64,000 nucleotides of DNA from Yuukianura sp. NJ FZ-2021 (lineage: Eukaryota). This document shows, in pieces, positions 12,239 through 22,762 of this stretch (position 1 is the stretch's first letter; each line of letters begins with the position of its first letter). The stretch lies in assembly GCA_046563655.1 (NCBI GenBank), contig CM102284.1, positions 4,712,001 to 4,776,000 of the forward strand, in the 5' to 3' direction. Made by a program: the position numbers and the translations under genes. The notes under the pieces were generated by a model. That model had not been told where the DNA came from. It did no database searches and was given only the letters and a program-made list of their open reading frames with translations.

Positions 12239-13658
12239 CTAAAGAACGAATGGAATGATAGCCTTCCTGCCTTTGGGATAGTTCGGGAATTCCTTCTTGT
12301 AGTTTCGATGTTTTCCCAAGGCCCAGACGGACATTTGGTACAAACCAGCCAGAGTAAACAAGGCAGCTGAAAAGAGAAAGTAAAACGTTTTCAATTGTCT
12401 CTAGTACTTGGCAAGATTTGGCGAAAACTTGAATTGCTGCATGAATTTACCTGGAACGCATTGAGTCATGACACTAAAAGCAGCCCAGGAGTAGACTTCG
12501 TAGGTGTAGTTGGGACATGACACATACTTGAACAAGAACGTGAGTGGGTTTCCATTTGGAAAAGGAATCTTCCGGACTTTGGATCCCGGTGGTCGCAAAT
12601 CCCGGAAAAGTAAGTGGGTGCTCAAATTGCCCAGTTCAAAGAGCTGCGAACAAACCAGAACGAATTTTTAAAACAAAATCCGGAATTATAAAATTCTATT
12701 ATCGATTTTAGTTCAGTTTACCATGAACAGAGCAGCGCTGATGTAAACCTGTGAGCAGCAAGGAGCCGTGTAGAGAGGATGGCTCACGTGGTACGATATG
12801 TAACCTGAAAGTAGAAACTTGGCAATTACTAATTCAAAGTTAACTGAGTTTAATTACCTAAGAAGCAGAAGATTACTAACCAGCGAATCCCCAATAATAC
12901 GAGCAGTTTTTGAACAAGTTCGCAATTGGCATAGTTGCATGAGAAAATCGATGGACGAATATGGTCTCCAGGATTCGTTTCGCATAGTGGAAAGTCCATA
13001 AGACAGCAGCCAGGCTAAAGAACAAAGCCACAAACATTTTTTAAATTACAAAAGTGAAGCTGAAACGACGTTTTAGAAAGATCCTGTTTGCTTCATTGCA
13101 GTTATCTTTACTTGGCAACAGACGAATACGGTTTCAGAGCAGCGTCTGATCCGTACAAAATCCACGGTCGGCTGTAAACCCAAAGATAGACAACGAGTGG
13201 GCCAGCATATTCGCAAAGAAATACAGTTGACCATCCCATTTGTGGACCAAGGTCCTTCATGTACAACTTGTCCCCACTTTTGAATCCCTTGGAAGCAAGC
13301 GTTTCTTCGTCCGGAAGAGCTTTTCCCTTCGGCTCCAGTCGAAGCATTTGTCGCCCTGGATATGGTCCTTTCTTTGCCGAATGGATTTTCTCTTTGACAT
13401 CCTGGACAGTTGTGTTCGAGGGCAACTGTAAAAACAAAAATTTCCGAAAGCACGTCACAATTTTAAGCAGCATAGCAGTGTCAACTTCGAATAGCATAAC
13501 GAGTAATGAAAACTCACCGAATCCAACTTCAAAATTGGCTTCCCACTACTGCTCACTACTTGAACCTAAAATAACAAACAAGAATAAGATACACACTTTT
13601 AGCGAGATACAAAGTATAGAATCTCTTAGTCCTAAACACTTTTAGAACTTACCTCCAT
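12239..13658 (-). CDS. TECR: Very-long-chain enoyl-CoA reductase
   Basis: First exon ATG GAG|gt; ubiquitin-like N-domain; [30 protein letters not shown]-terminus [24 protein letters not shown]. Multi-exon. Confidence 0.93.
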
Positions 13659-13796
13659 TTTGAAATTTTAGCGTACTTGATTTGTCTTTACGGTTACAAA
13701 CTGTGTTACTTCACGAGTCTGCTGATGTGCTGACGAGTTCACCTGACCTCAGTTACCTATAAAGAATGAAATTCGGGTTAATGCAGAGAACAGGTG

Positions 13797-14179
13797 AAAC
13801 CGGATTTGTGTGGGAGAATTGATGCAATTTACAACAATTATGGGAAGGCGAACAAAAGCAAAACATTACAGTCAAGTTTCCCACTTAGGCCATTTGCCAA
13901 ATACAAAACAAAATACAATTGAACTACACTGGGACGGGGTTAGACAATTACATGAGTCTGCGGTTAAATTGTCATTGGCAATTCCCCCATTTGCCATTTG
14001 GCGTTTCATTTTGCCAGTTCACCGCCAATGTACGGGTGCGAGTTTTGTACTTCTCAATTGTATTTTGTTTTGTATTTGGCAAATGGCCTAAGTGGGAAAC
14101 TTGACTGAAACCGGATTTGTGTGGGAGAATTGATGCAATTTACAACAATTATGGGAAGGCGAACAAAAGCAAAACATTA
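13797..14179 (+). repeat. Perfect 72-bp direct repeat (13797-13868 and 14108-14179) flanking a MITE
   Basis: AAACCGGATTTGTGTGGGAGAATTG...AAAAGCAAAACATTA occurs identically on both sides of the element. Confidence 0.95.
13869..14107. mobile_element. 239-bp MITE with perfect 54-bp terminal inverted repeats (Tc1/mariner-like ends)
   Basis: Left TIR 13869-13922 (CAGTCAAGTTTCCCACTTAGG...) is the exact reverse complement of 14054-14107. The left end abuts TA. No convincing coding sequence. Confidence 0.9.
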
Positions 14180-14727
14180 TGTGAAAAAATTATATGGTAA
14201 TGTGCCGGTTTTGCTGAGAATTTTCTCGAATGTCAAAGGGAACATCAGTACAATCGTTATTCTAATTTTGAAAGTTCAGTTCTCCAGTTTCATTTGGGTT
14301 TCAAATTCCCTCAGCGAAATCAAATGGAGTAATCGGTCATTTGTGAAAGGGAAAGGTCAAGGTCTCAAAAGTCACTGCAAAAGTTAGCTCCAAGAGCTCC
14401 AACGTTTTTGTTACTAACCTGACCAAAAATGACCTCTGGACCAGCAAGCCTCCGATCGGATCTTCACACCAAACAACAGTGTCGCTGTCGCAGTACCGAA
14501 TCACACTATACGCCGCAGATACTGGATTCAGGACAAATGTGTAAAAAAAAAAGTGCAATCAATTCTCGAGATATGCAATCGCAATCAGCCGGTCAACGCG
14601 TTTTAGCCGGATAAGTTGCCTTGTTGGGCTCAATTGGACTGTTCAAAGATCATGATGGTACGGAAGCGTAAAAGGGCCAACTCGCTTCCCGGTTACCTAC
14701 TCCATAAGCAATACATTGGAGTTGAAC

Positions 14728-14990
14728 TGCGCGGTTCCCAGTACTCGGTTCCCGGTTCCCAGTACTCGGTGCGCGGTTCCCAGTACCTGGTGCGCGGTTC
14801 CCAGTACTCGATTCCCGGTTCCCAGTACTCGATTCCCGGTTCCCACTACCCGGTGCGCGGTTCCCAGTACTCGGTACCCGCTTCCCAGTACTCAGTGCGC
14901 GGTTCCCAGTACTCGGTGCGCGGTTCCCAGTACTCGGTACTCGCTTCCCAGTACTCGATTCCCACTTCTCAGTTCCCAGTGCGCGGTTTC
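14728..14990 (+). repeat. 21-bp tandem repeat (about 12 units) in the left foldback arm
   Basis: Consensus GCGCGGTTCCCAGTACTCGGT. Confidence 0.9.
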
Positions 14991-15763
14991 CGGGTGGTCC
15001 TTTTTCTTCAAAAATCGTTATCTCCTTTTTGTTGCCCTTTGGAGCTCGAGCCTTCCTTTCTATCTGCAAAAATGCCGATTATGTAAATGAAGTACCGTGA
15101 GGATCCCAGTGTAGAAGACCTATGGCTGTTATTTATTACCAAAATGAGCAAAATTAAAAAAATTGCACTAATTTCAGAAAAATACCGTAACGCATCAAAC
15201 AAATTAACAATTAAAATAAAATGTCAATACTTCCATAAAAATTTAATACTTAAAAAAATTCATTACTTCAAAATGTTTCAAGAAGTGAAACAAAATCAAA
15301 AACTGAACAAAAAATCAACAATAAAAAAAATCAATGGTTAGATCATTCAATTTTTTAGTGAACGCTAAAATATTTATTAACACAACAGAACTGTAAGTGT
15401 AAAAGATAAAAACAGGTATAATAATCAAATCATTCAATAGTTCAAAATTCACTTGCAAGGAGAAAGAACGTCAACTCAAATATTTTTTTTTAATTGTTGA
15501 TTTTTTGTTCAGTTTTTGAACCTAAGTATGCGCATGTTATTTTAATTGTCAATGTTCTCGATGCAGTACGGTATTTTTTTGAAATTAGTGCAATTTTTAG
15601 TTACGCTCATTTTGGTAATAAATAACAGCCATGGGTCTTCTACACTCGGATCCTCACGGTACTGCATTTACATAATTGCTATTTTTGCAGATAGAAAGGA
15701 AGGCTCGAGCTCCAAAGGGCAACAAAAAGGAGATAACGATTTTTGAAGAAAAAAGACCACCCG

Positions 15764-15968
15764 GAAACCGCGCACTGAGAACTGAGAAGTGGGAATCGAG
15801 TACTGGGAACCGCGCAGTGAGAACTGGGAACCGCGTAGCACAACTGGGAACCGCGCAGCGACAACTGGGAACCGCGCACTGAGTACTGGGAAGCGGATAT
15901 CGAGTACTGGGAACCGCGCACCGAGTACTGGGAACCGCGCACTGAGCACCGAGTACTGGGAAGTGGGA
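15764..15968 (-). repeat. Inverted copy of the 21-bp tandem array (about 9-10 units) in the right foldback arm
   Basis: ACCGAGTACTGGGAACCGCGC units, some shortened. Confidence 0.88.
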
Positions 15969-16364
15969 AATGATTTGACCCTTTTAAGCTTCCGTATGAT
16001 GGGAAGAACAAACACAGTCTCTTACTTCTCGTCGCAGTTGTTGATCCAGCGCATATTCAAATTCATTTGATGTATTATGTAGTAGTGTGAAGAGTGCGAT
16101 TTTCTCCACAAATTTTCAGTTATCTCGGAATGCACCAGCACATTCCACCAGAATCAATCAATTAAAATTCCGGAGAGACAGACGAGACAAAGCGACGACC
16201 TTTATAACGGTATGATGTACAGTTTCACCTGTCAAAAAACTGATACAAAAATTTGAAATTTCTAAAGGCGGGAACCTGCTAACGGCACTCACCACGCCCC
16301 CTTTTGCAGTCGTGTTCCTTGTCACGTCCCGCCTATTTTTTGCCAACGTCATACGCCCAGCAGC

Positions 16365-16392
16365 CTCTAGAAGGTTCAAGAACAATCTCGAA
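16365..16392 (+). promoter_or_regulatory. Heat-shock element (HSF site) upstream of DnaJB
   Basis: CTC-ta-GAA-gg-TTC-aa-GAA-ca-ATC-tc-GAA: six alternating nGAAn units, four perfect, about 250 bp upstream of the Hsp40 ATG. Confidence 0.75.
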
Positions 16393-16637
16393 GCAACTGT
16401 TTTACGTAAAAGGAAGGAGCAAGCCCAAAATAAATCTCACTTCATTACAACTTCTGCCTTTTGGCGTATTGCCAGTCGCAATTTTGCAGACAAGACAACC
16501 GAACAGTGTTCGTGTGTGTGTATCAGTTAAATTTTGTTGAGTAAAGTAATCAGTGACCTCATTCCTTTGCTCTTTGCTATTCTTCCAGTTCGTATCAGAT
16601 TCCTAAGCAGAAAACCAAATTACTCACTTGCTACAAC

Positions 16638-18062
16638 ATGGGCAAGGACTACTACAAGATCCTGGGACTGTCCAAGGGAGCCACTGATGACGAAATTAAA
16701 AAGGCATACAGAAAACTGGCCCTCAAGTACCATCCGGACAAGAACAAGGCACCCGGCGCTGAGGAACAGTTCAAATTAGTTGCCGAAGCCTACGAAGTAC
16801 TCAGTGACAAGAAGAAGAGAGAAGTTTTTGATTCTTATGGCGAGGAAGGGCTCAAGGGTAGCCCTGGCGGTGGCGGAGGAGGTATGGGTGGAGGTCAAGC
16901 GGGTCCTGGACAAAATTTCACATATTCCTTCCATGGAGATCCAAGAGCAACGTTTGCCAGTTTCTTTGGAACGTCGGATCCCTTTGCCAGCTTCTTCGGT
17001 ATGGGTGGATCTCCGATGTTTGAGGATGACGATGATGGCAGTGGGTTCGTTGGTCTAGGTGGCCCAATGGGCGGCATGGGCCGACGCACTCAGAGCTTCA
17101 ACATTCATGGCAGCCCTGCTGGAAAGCCAAGGGAGTATGGTCAACAGGTAAGCTAAATGTTTGAAACTGTAATGTCGTATTACTCCATGCGAAATTTACA
17201 TTGCGGTTTTTGTTTTTGCAGGACCAAGCAATTGAACATGATCTCTATGTCACACTAGAAGACATTGATAAGGGTAAGCATGACCTCGACTCCACATTAG
17301 CATTATCTTCACGTTTAAAGTCACTGTGTCGAATGACACCGTAAACATTCAATGTTATGGGCTTCGCTTCAAGGTTTGACCTATTTTGTATTCTCTACCT
17401 TAGGCTGTACCAAGAAGATGAAAATCTCAAGGAACATCGTGGGCGCAGACGGTTCGAGGCGAAAGGAAGACAAGGTCCTCACAATCACAGTAAAACCTGG
17501 TTGGAAATCTGGCACAAAAATCACATTTCCTCGAGGTAAATCAAATTCTAAAAATGTATGTCCAATGATTAATTTCCAAAATTAAACTTCAACTTTGCTT
17601 TTGTTTGCAGAAGGGGACCAGACCACTGGGAAGATTCCTGCCGACATTGTATTTATTATTCGAGACAAACCACACCCTGTCTTCAAAAGAGAAAACTGTG
17701 ACATCAAATACACGGCCAAAATCAGTCTCAAAGATGTAAGTTGTCACATCAGTTAAAACCTTTTAGTAATGGCTACTCCGCGTCAAAATCAAACTATAAT
17801 TTGCCACTATTTACTTTTCTAGGCCTTGTGTGGTACTACGATTGACGTTCCCACACTTCAAGGAACCAAGACTCAACTGAATCTATCATCACGCATAATT
17901 AGACCAACTACGGTAGAGAGGATACAAGGCAAAGGACTACCTTATCCAAAAGATCCAACTCGTCGTGGTGATCTCCTCATCCACTTTGATATTCAGTTTC
18001 CGGAAAAGCTCAGTCAAGCACAAAAGGACATTATCTTCGATGTCCTCCCGAATACGAAATAA
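16638..18062 (+). CDS. DNAJB: DnaJ/Hsp40 class B (DNAJB1/4/5-like), 352 aa
   Basis: [17 protein letters not shown]-domain, G/F-rich region, C-terminal [13 protein letters not shown]. Exons 16638-17147, 17222-17273, 17404-17535, 17611-17735, 17823-18062. Confidence 0.96.
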
Positions 18063-18699
18063 GAAATCAATCTCAAGAAAGTCAGCAATCTTCGTCAGTC
18101 ATTGCATGTCGTACGGACACTTACTCACAGGCTACACTTCATCCTCAACCAGACCCCTTCGTCATCACTAACTTATTTAAGCCTAGGCAGGCGTAATGCA
18201 AGAAATTCAAGAAACCGAATCGGTTTTAAGTAATTCAACCAATTTGAAATGGAAAATACAAATGGTGTTGGAGGTAGCCTTTTGCTCCCTTCGCGAACAA
18301 TCTATCCAGATTTTGCTGGATGTTTAGTCTTCTAAACATCTTAGTTTGCTAAACACAAACAAGACTTGCTACTTAGTTTTAAGTTAAACGCGTTAATTAA
18401 ACTTCAACTTACTTACTACTATTAATTAGGATGCCTTCGCTTAAGTTATTTTCTGAGAAAGATGACATTAGATTGTTCAAATAAGGCGTCGATTACTACT
18501 ACTAGTGTCACTCTGTAATTGTCCGAAATGTCAAGTCAATTGAAATTGGTGTCCAGACTTAATTAGTTTTTCTAATGTTAACCTCGGCTAATTTTTATTT
18601 CAAGACATCATACTTAACATCCTATGGTTTTGAGCTTTAAATAAAAATGTGAAGCTTGAATTCAGTGAAACTGATTGTCGTAAGGCTTAACGAACCTCA

Positions 18700-18853
18700 T
18701 TGTACCCACACAGCTGTGGCTACACTGTGGGACAACTTATGTTGCCACTTTAGCCTAGTTTAGTCTAAAGTGGCTACATAAGTTGCCACTTTGGTGTTGC
18801 CGCCTATTGTAGCCATCAACGATGGCCGGCGTGCCTACGCTGTGCGGTTACAA
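18700..18853. repeat. Small nested inverted-repeat element (MITE-like or hairpin)
   Basis: Outer IR 18700-18714/18839-18853 matches 13/15; inner IR 18733-18753/18765-18785 matches 20/21. Confidence 0.6.
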
Positions 18854-19245
18854 GTAAATTCACGATAAAACTTTCGACTCCTGTTTTTAGTGTCAAATTG
18901 GTTTCAGTTTATTTAAAATGAAAATTGGGACAAGTTGGTTTTAAGTCTTCAAAATTCTAGAAGAACAGTTCATTTTTAGTTTCAAAAAGTTCGTGATGAT
19001 GCTCTCATTTTTAGAATTGGCATCATTACGAATTTTGTGTTGTATTGGGACCAGCAGTTTTACAGCTCTTTTCATGAAAAATCGTACCCTATGTTTATAA
19101 CGCAACCCCTTCATGTGTTTCTATTGTGTAGCCCAATTGTATTGTAGAATTTTTTTTGAAAGTTGTAATTTGTAAACGGAAACGGATGAGTTTTTGTTCG
19201 GTTGAGTCCGACGAGTGTGTTTGAGTTTAGACTTGGAAGGTGTAA

Positions 19246-21502
19246 TCATCGAATCTCCAGAATTAGAGTATCCTGAGCACTGAACACGTTTCCAAGAAAT
19301 TCAGTTTCTGGATAAATTTCGGTTAGCTAAATGGAAAAGAAAACAGGAAATTAGCACTTTAGCTCGCATTTGCTACAAGCTAACTTTTTTTTAGTAAACT
19401 TACATCCCGTTTTGGATGAGAGAAGAGAATTTTGTATTGGTCTTTGCTAAAACCCTCAGAGAAGAGGAAGTCATAGAGAACTTTGACTGTGTTGGATTGA
19501 AGAAACTTCCGTGAAGCAATTTTCCCATTAGGTAATCGACAACGTAGAGTGCAAATCCCTTCCCTCAGGCCATTTTCTGGTTCTGGAGGGAGTGACGCAG
19601 CAACATTTCGGCGCTCATTCTGTAAATCAAAATTACAATTTCAATCAGTGAGAATATTCACAAAGAAATTGTAAACTTATGGGTTGACTTACGGCAATCC
19701 TTGCTTCTTGAGCCAACTTCTCGTCCTCTTCCTGCTTCTTTTGAAGTTCCAAGGCCTTCTTAGCTTCTGATTTGGCCATGTCTGCTCGAAGTGATTCTTG
19801 GTAGGCTTGATTTTGTTCCTGGATAACACGCTCACGAGCCAATCTTTCCTCTTCCTCTCGAATGTCAATCAACTGCTGAGAATGATACTGTTCAACGAGA
19901 TGAAGCAGTTGGACTAACACTTCGTCGACACCCGTAGCCCCTAATATAATATGCGTGTGATTTTATAACAAAGCGACATTGATTAACTTTTGTTTCTTCA
20001 AACCTGAAATTATGCCACAGATTTCTGTAGTTGCCCGACACCGGGATACGACAATTATCACAGGGTAACGGTCTTGGTCAAAGCTGCGAACAGTTGTCAC
20101 AGCGGGAGCTCCAAAGCATCGACCAACTGAAGTGAGTAACCTGTGTTGTGTGTTCAGAAACAAATCGATAACTTCATGCAGTTTGCAGCGGAGTGAAACA
20201 GTTCTTAGCACAAAGAAGAGCTTACATCTGTCGGTTTGATTCGTGGGTACAATCCCATCCCCAAGTAACAAAACTGGCGCTAAGTAGGTTCACAATAGCT
20301 TCTGCACACAAAACTTGCTGACAGAAAATGTTGGTCAGTACTGAAGCGTCGTGGTGCAGGTACACAGCCAACAGTCGTCGCTAAACAAAGTACCAAAGTA
20401 GTTATGAATCATATGTTTGGATAGGTTTGAAAATATGTTGACTATACATCTCTGGCTGGACGTTGTGTTGCCTCTCGAACGGCTGCATCCAAGGTACCTT
20501 GAAAGAACATGGGATGGCAGTGACCGTATCGCCCAAGAAAATTTTCGTAGAAGATAATCGTTCCAGTAGTCTCATCTTCAACATTGTCCGTAACTGTAAA
20601 AACATAGCATAGAAATTCAGTTTCAATTCCCAAAAAGACTTAATTTTAATTAAAGCTAAGATGGTTACTCAGAAATCGTTGTTGTTGCTCCGGTCGACTT
20701 GAACTTGGATCAGGAAGAAAGTCTTCTTCATGATAAGACCCTGTGAGATCTTCGACCTCAGTGTCTGACACCTCGTCTGACATATCAAGGTCGACAACCT
20801 GAGACTGATAATTAAAACCGAGTTGACAATTCGAATTAAAGTTTAAACCGTGTATTCCTGCTGTAAAAATGGTAACATCATACCGGTGTAGCTGAAACGT
20901 GCACAACACTAGACGAATCTGATCTGCTAGCGGTGACAGGAATATTTTGTACGCTCTGGCGAGGAGAAACGTCTGTGCTGTGTCGTGGCAAAGAGTCCGC
21001 ATCATCGGATGAAGGCCAGAAACTGGATGAAGAATTCTGTGGATGTAAAATAGTTACGGTGACACTTACGTTAGGTAACCGAACTTAAGCTAACTTCTAT
21101 GATTGATTACTCACCGTTTTACTCATATTGTTGAGATTTCCGCAGCTGTTGTCCTTTGATTTCCTTTCAGATGGAAGTGTCTGTGAATGTTCTGGAACTG
21201 CTTTATGCAGAGCCTCCTATTAAAATTAATTTGGGAAACAGCATATTAAAATAAACATATAATTTGAATAACCGACTAACGTTTATCGATATAAACGAAA
21301 TGGGATTACCACAAGATTCCAGTTTGATTTTTCAAGATGTTGTATACAAATTCCGATGTCCTCTATTCCAGTGCAAGCCTGTAGTCAATGACGACAAAAA
21401 ACGTTGGAAAAATTCTCCATTTGCAGTTTGTTCTAATCTAACCATTCCCAATTCCCAACTCACCTGGAAATCCTCCAGAACTCCATCGTGGTCCAGGTCC
21501 AT
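19246..21502 (-). CDS. FAF1: FAS-associated factor 1 / caspar-like UBA-UAS-coiled coil-UBX protein
   Basis: N-terminus MDLDHDGVLEDFQ|ACTGIEDIGICIQHLEKSNWNLV; UAS domain RYGHCHPMFFQGTL and LAVYLHHDASVLTNIFC; coiled coil EQNQAYQESLRAD; UBX C-terminus. About 11 short exons. Confidence 0.9.
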
Positions 21503-22762
21503 CTTCCTAAAATAAAATTAAAACGTAAACATAAAATTTAGTTCGACTACAACTTCCTTTAATTCCATAATCGAATCAACTAACTGGATACAGCTTATAC
21601 TTTACTGTTTACTTACTGACACCTCACAAAATAACACGTTAGTATGTAGTATAAAATCGAAATAAAAATTGAAAATGTAAATTATGCAGTTGGTCCTCTA
21701 ATAATACGAAGGTCTGTCTAAAAGTCAAGAAAGCGAAATTATTCCGTTATCATTCGTTACTCCATCCGTACTATAAGCAAATGAGTAACAAACAAAGACT
21801 CACGACAATGGGAATGACTAATCCAAATGTTCCTTGACGTATCCGAAAACTGGTTCAACTGATTCGTCAATTTATGCTTACCTTGTCGCTGATCTAGTAT
21901 CGACCAATTCTTCCCTTGATATGGTATATCCGGTCCTTTGATTTTAACCTGAGTACGGGGCTTGTTATATCGTATTCTCGACTGGTTAGTACTGCAGCGT
22001 ATTATAGTAAGAGCAGTTGATTAACAATGAATTGTCTAAAGAACTGCGAAATTGAAACACACAACGGAGAAGACTTTTCCAGTGGTACAACTTCTCAATC
22101 ACATGGATGAAATCAGCAGTTTACCACACAGGAAAAATCAGCAGTTTTAGAAATGCAAATGAAAAAAATTGAGATAAAGATGACTTGTAAATAACTTCAA
22201 GTGTTCAATTCAAATTTCGCGCCAAACTTATTTTCTGTATTTAGGTTGGAGTAACCTTGCATTGCATCCGTGTAATCGTTGAGTGTAACCATCGACTCAA
22301 TTTTCGTATTTATTCAACGGTGGCAATGGGCAGTTACAATAAAATTGTTACGCTAGGTTGTTTTATAGTCTTGTCACCACCTGTTATGAGTGTAACCACT
22401 CGGCCAAATCACAGAGTGGTTACAAAAAAAAATGCGTCGGAAATTGCACTGTGAGGATACAATGGATGTAATTTACGCTTACCTTAACCTCAATTCACCA
22501 ACTCAGAAATAGACGCTCTCAAAACCTTTACTTATGGAGATGAAATTTTTTTTTAATTTTGAATTCCGAAAAAGCTGAAATTTGCGAATTTAGAAAACGT
22601 CATAATCCACAACCACAACTCAACTCAAATCGTATTTCTTTGTACTTCCAATTCGTACTTTTTATCCAATCCAACTACCATCGCTTAATTTTATTTCTAA
22701 ATATGGATTTGTATTCTCTTGGTCAAAGTTGAATTTTGTTAAAATTTGAATTCCGGTTGAAC

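Larger units (their letters stand above)
14661..15994. mobile_element. About 1.33-kb foldback-type non-autonomous DNA transposon
   Basis: Long imperfect inverted arms about 14661-15331 and 15481-15994. Both termini read CGGAAGC(G/T)TAAAAGGG(C/T)CAA, flanked by TA at 14659-60 and 15995-96. AT-rich spacer of about 150 bp. Confidence 0.85.

Noticed and set aside
14201..14332. CX9C-like stretch CAGFAENFLEC
   Set aside because: Preceded directly by a stop codon, with no acceptor site or second CX9C; probably chance.
13810..14387. Two ORFs with identical N-termini (MGELMQFTTIMGRRTKAKHY)
   Set aside because: They arise from the 72-bp duplication, start at GTG and show no recognisable homology.
14616..16070. 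Repetitive ORFs (GSQYSVR, STGNRAP) on both strands, and a superficially CRISPR-like array
   Set aside because: These are by-products of a stop-free 21-bp tandem repeat inside the foldback arms. There are no unique spacers or cas genes, and the context is eukaryotic.
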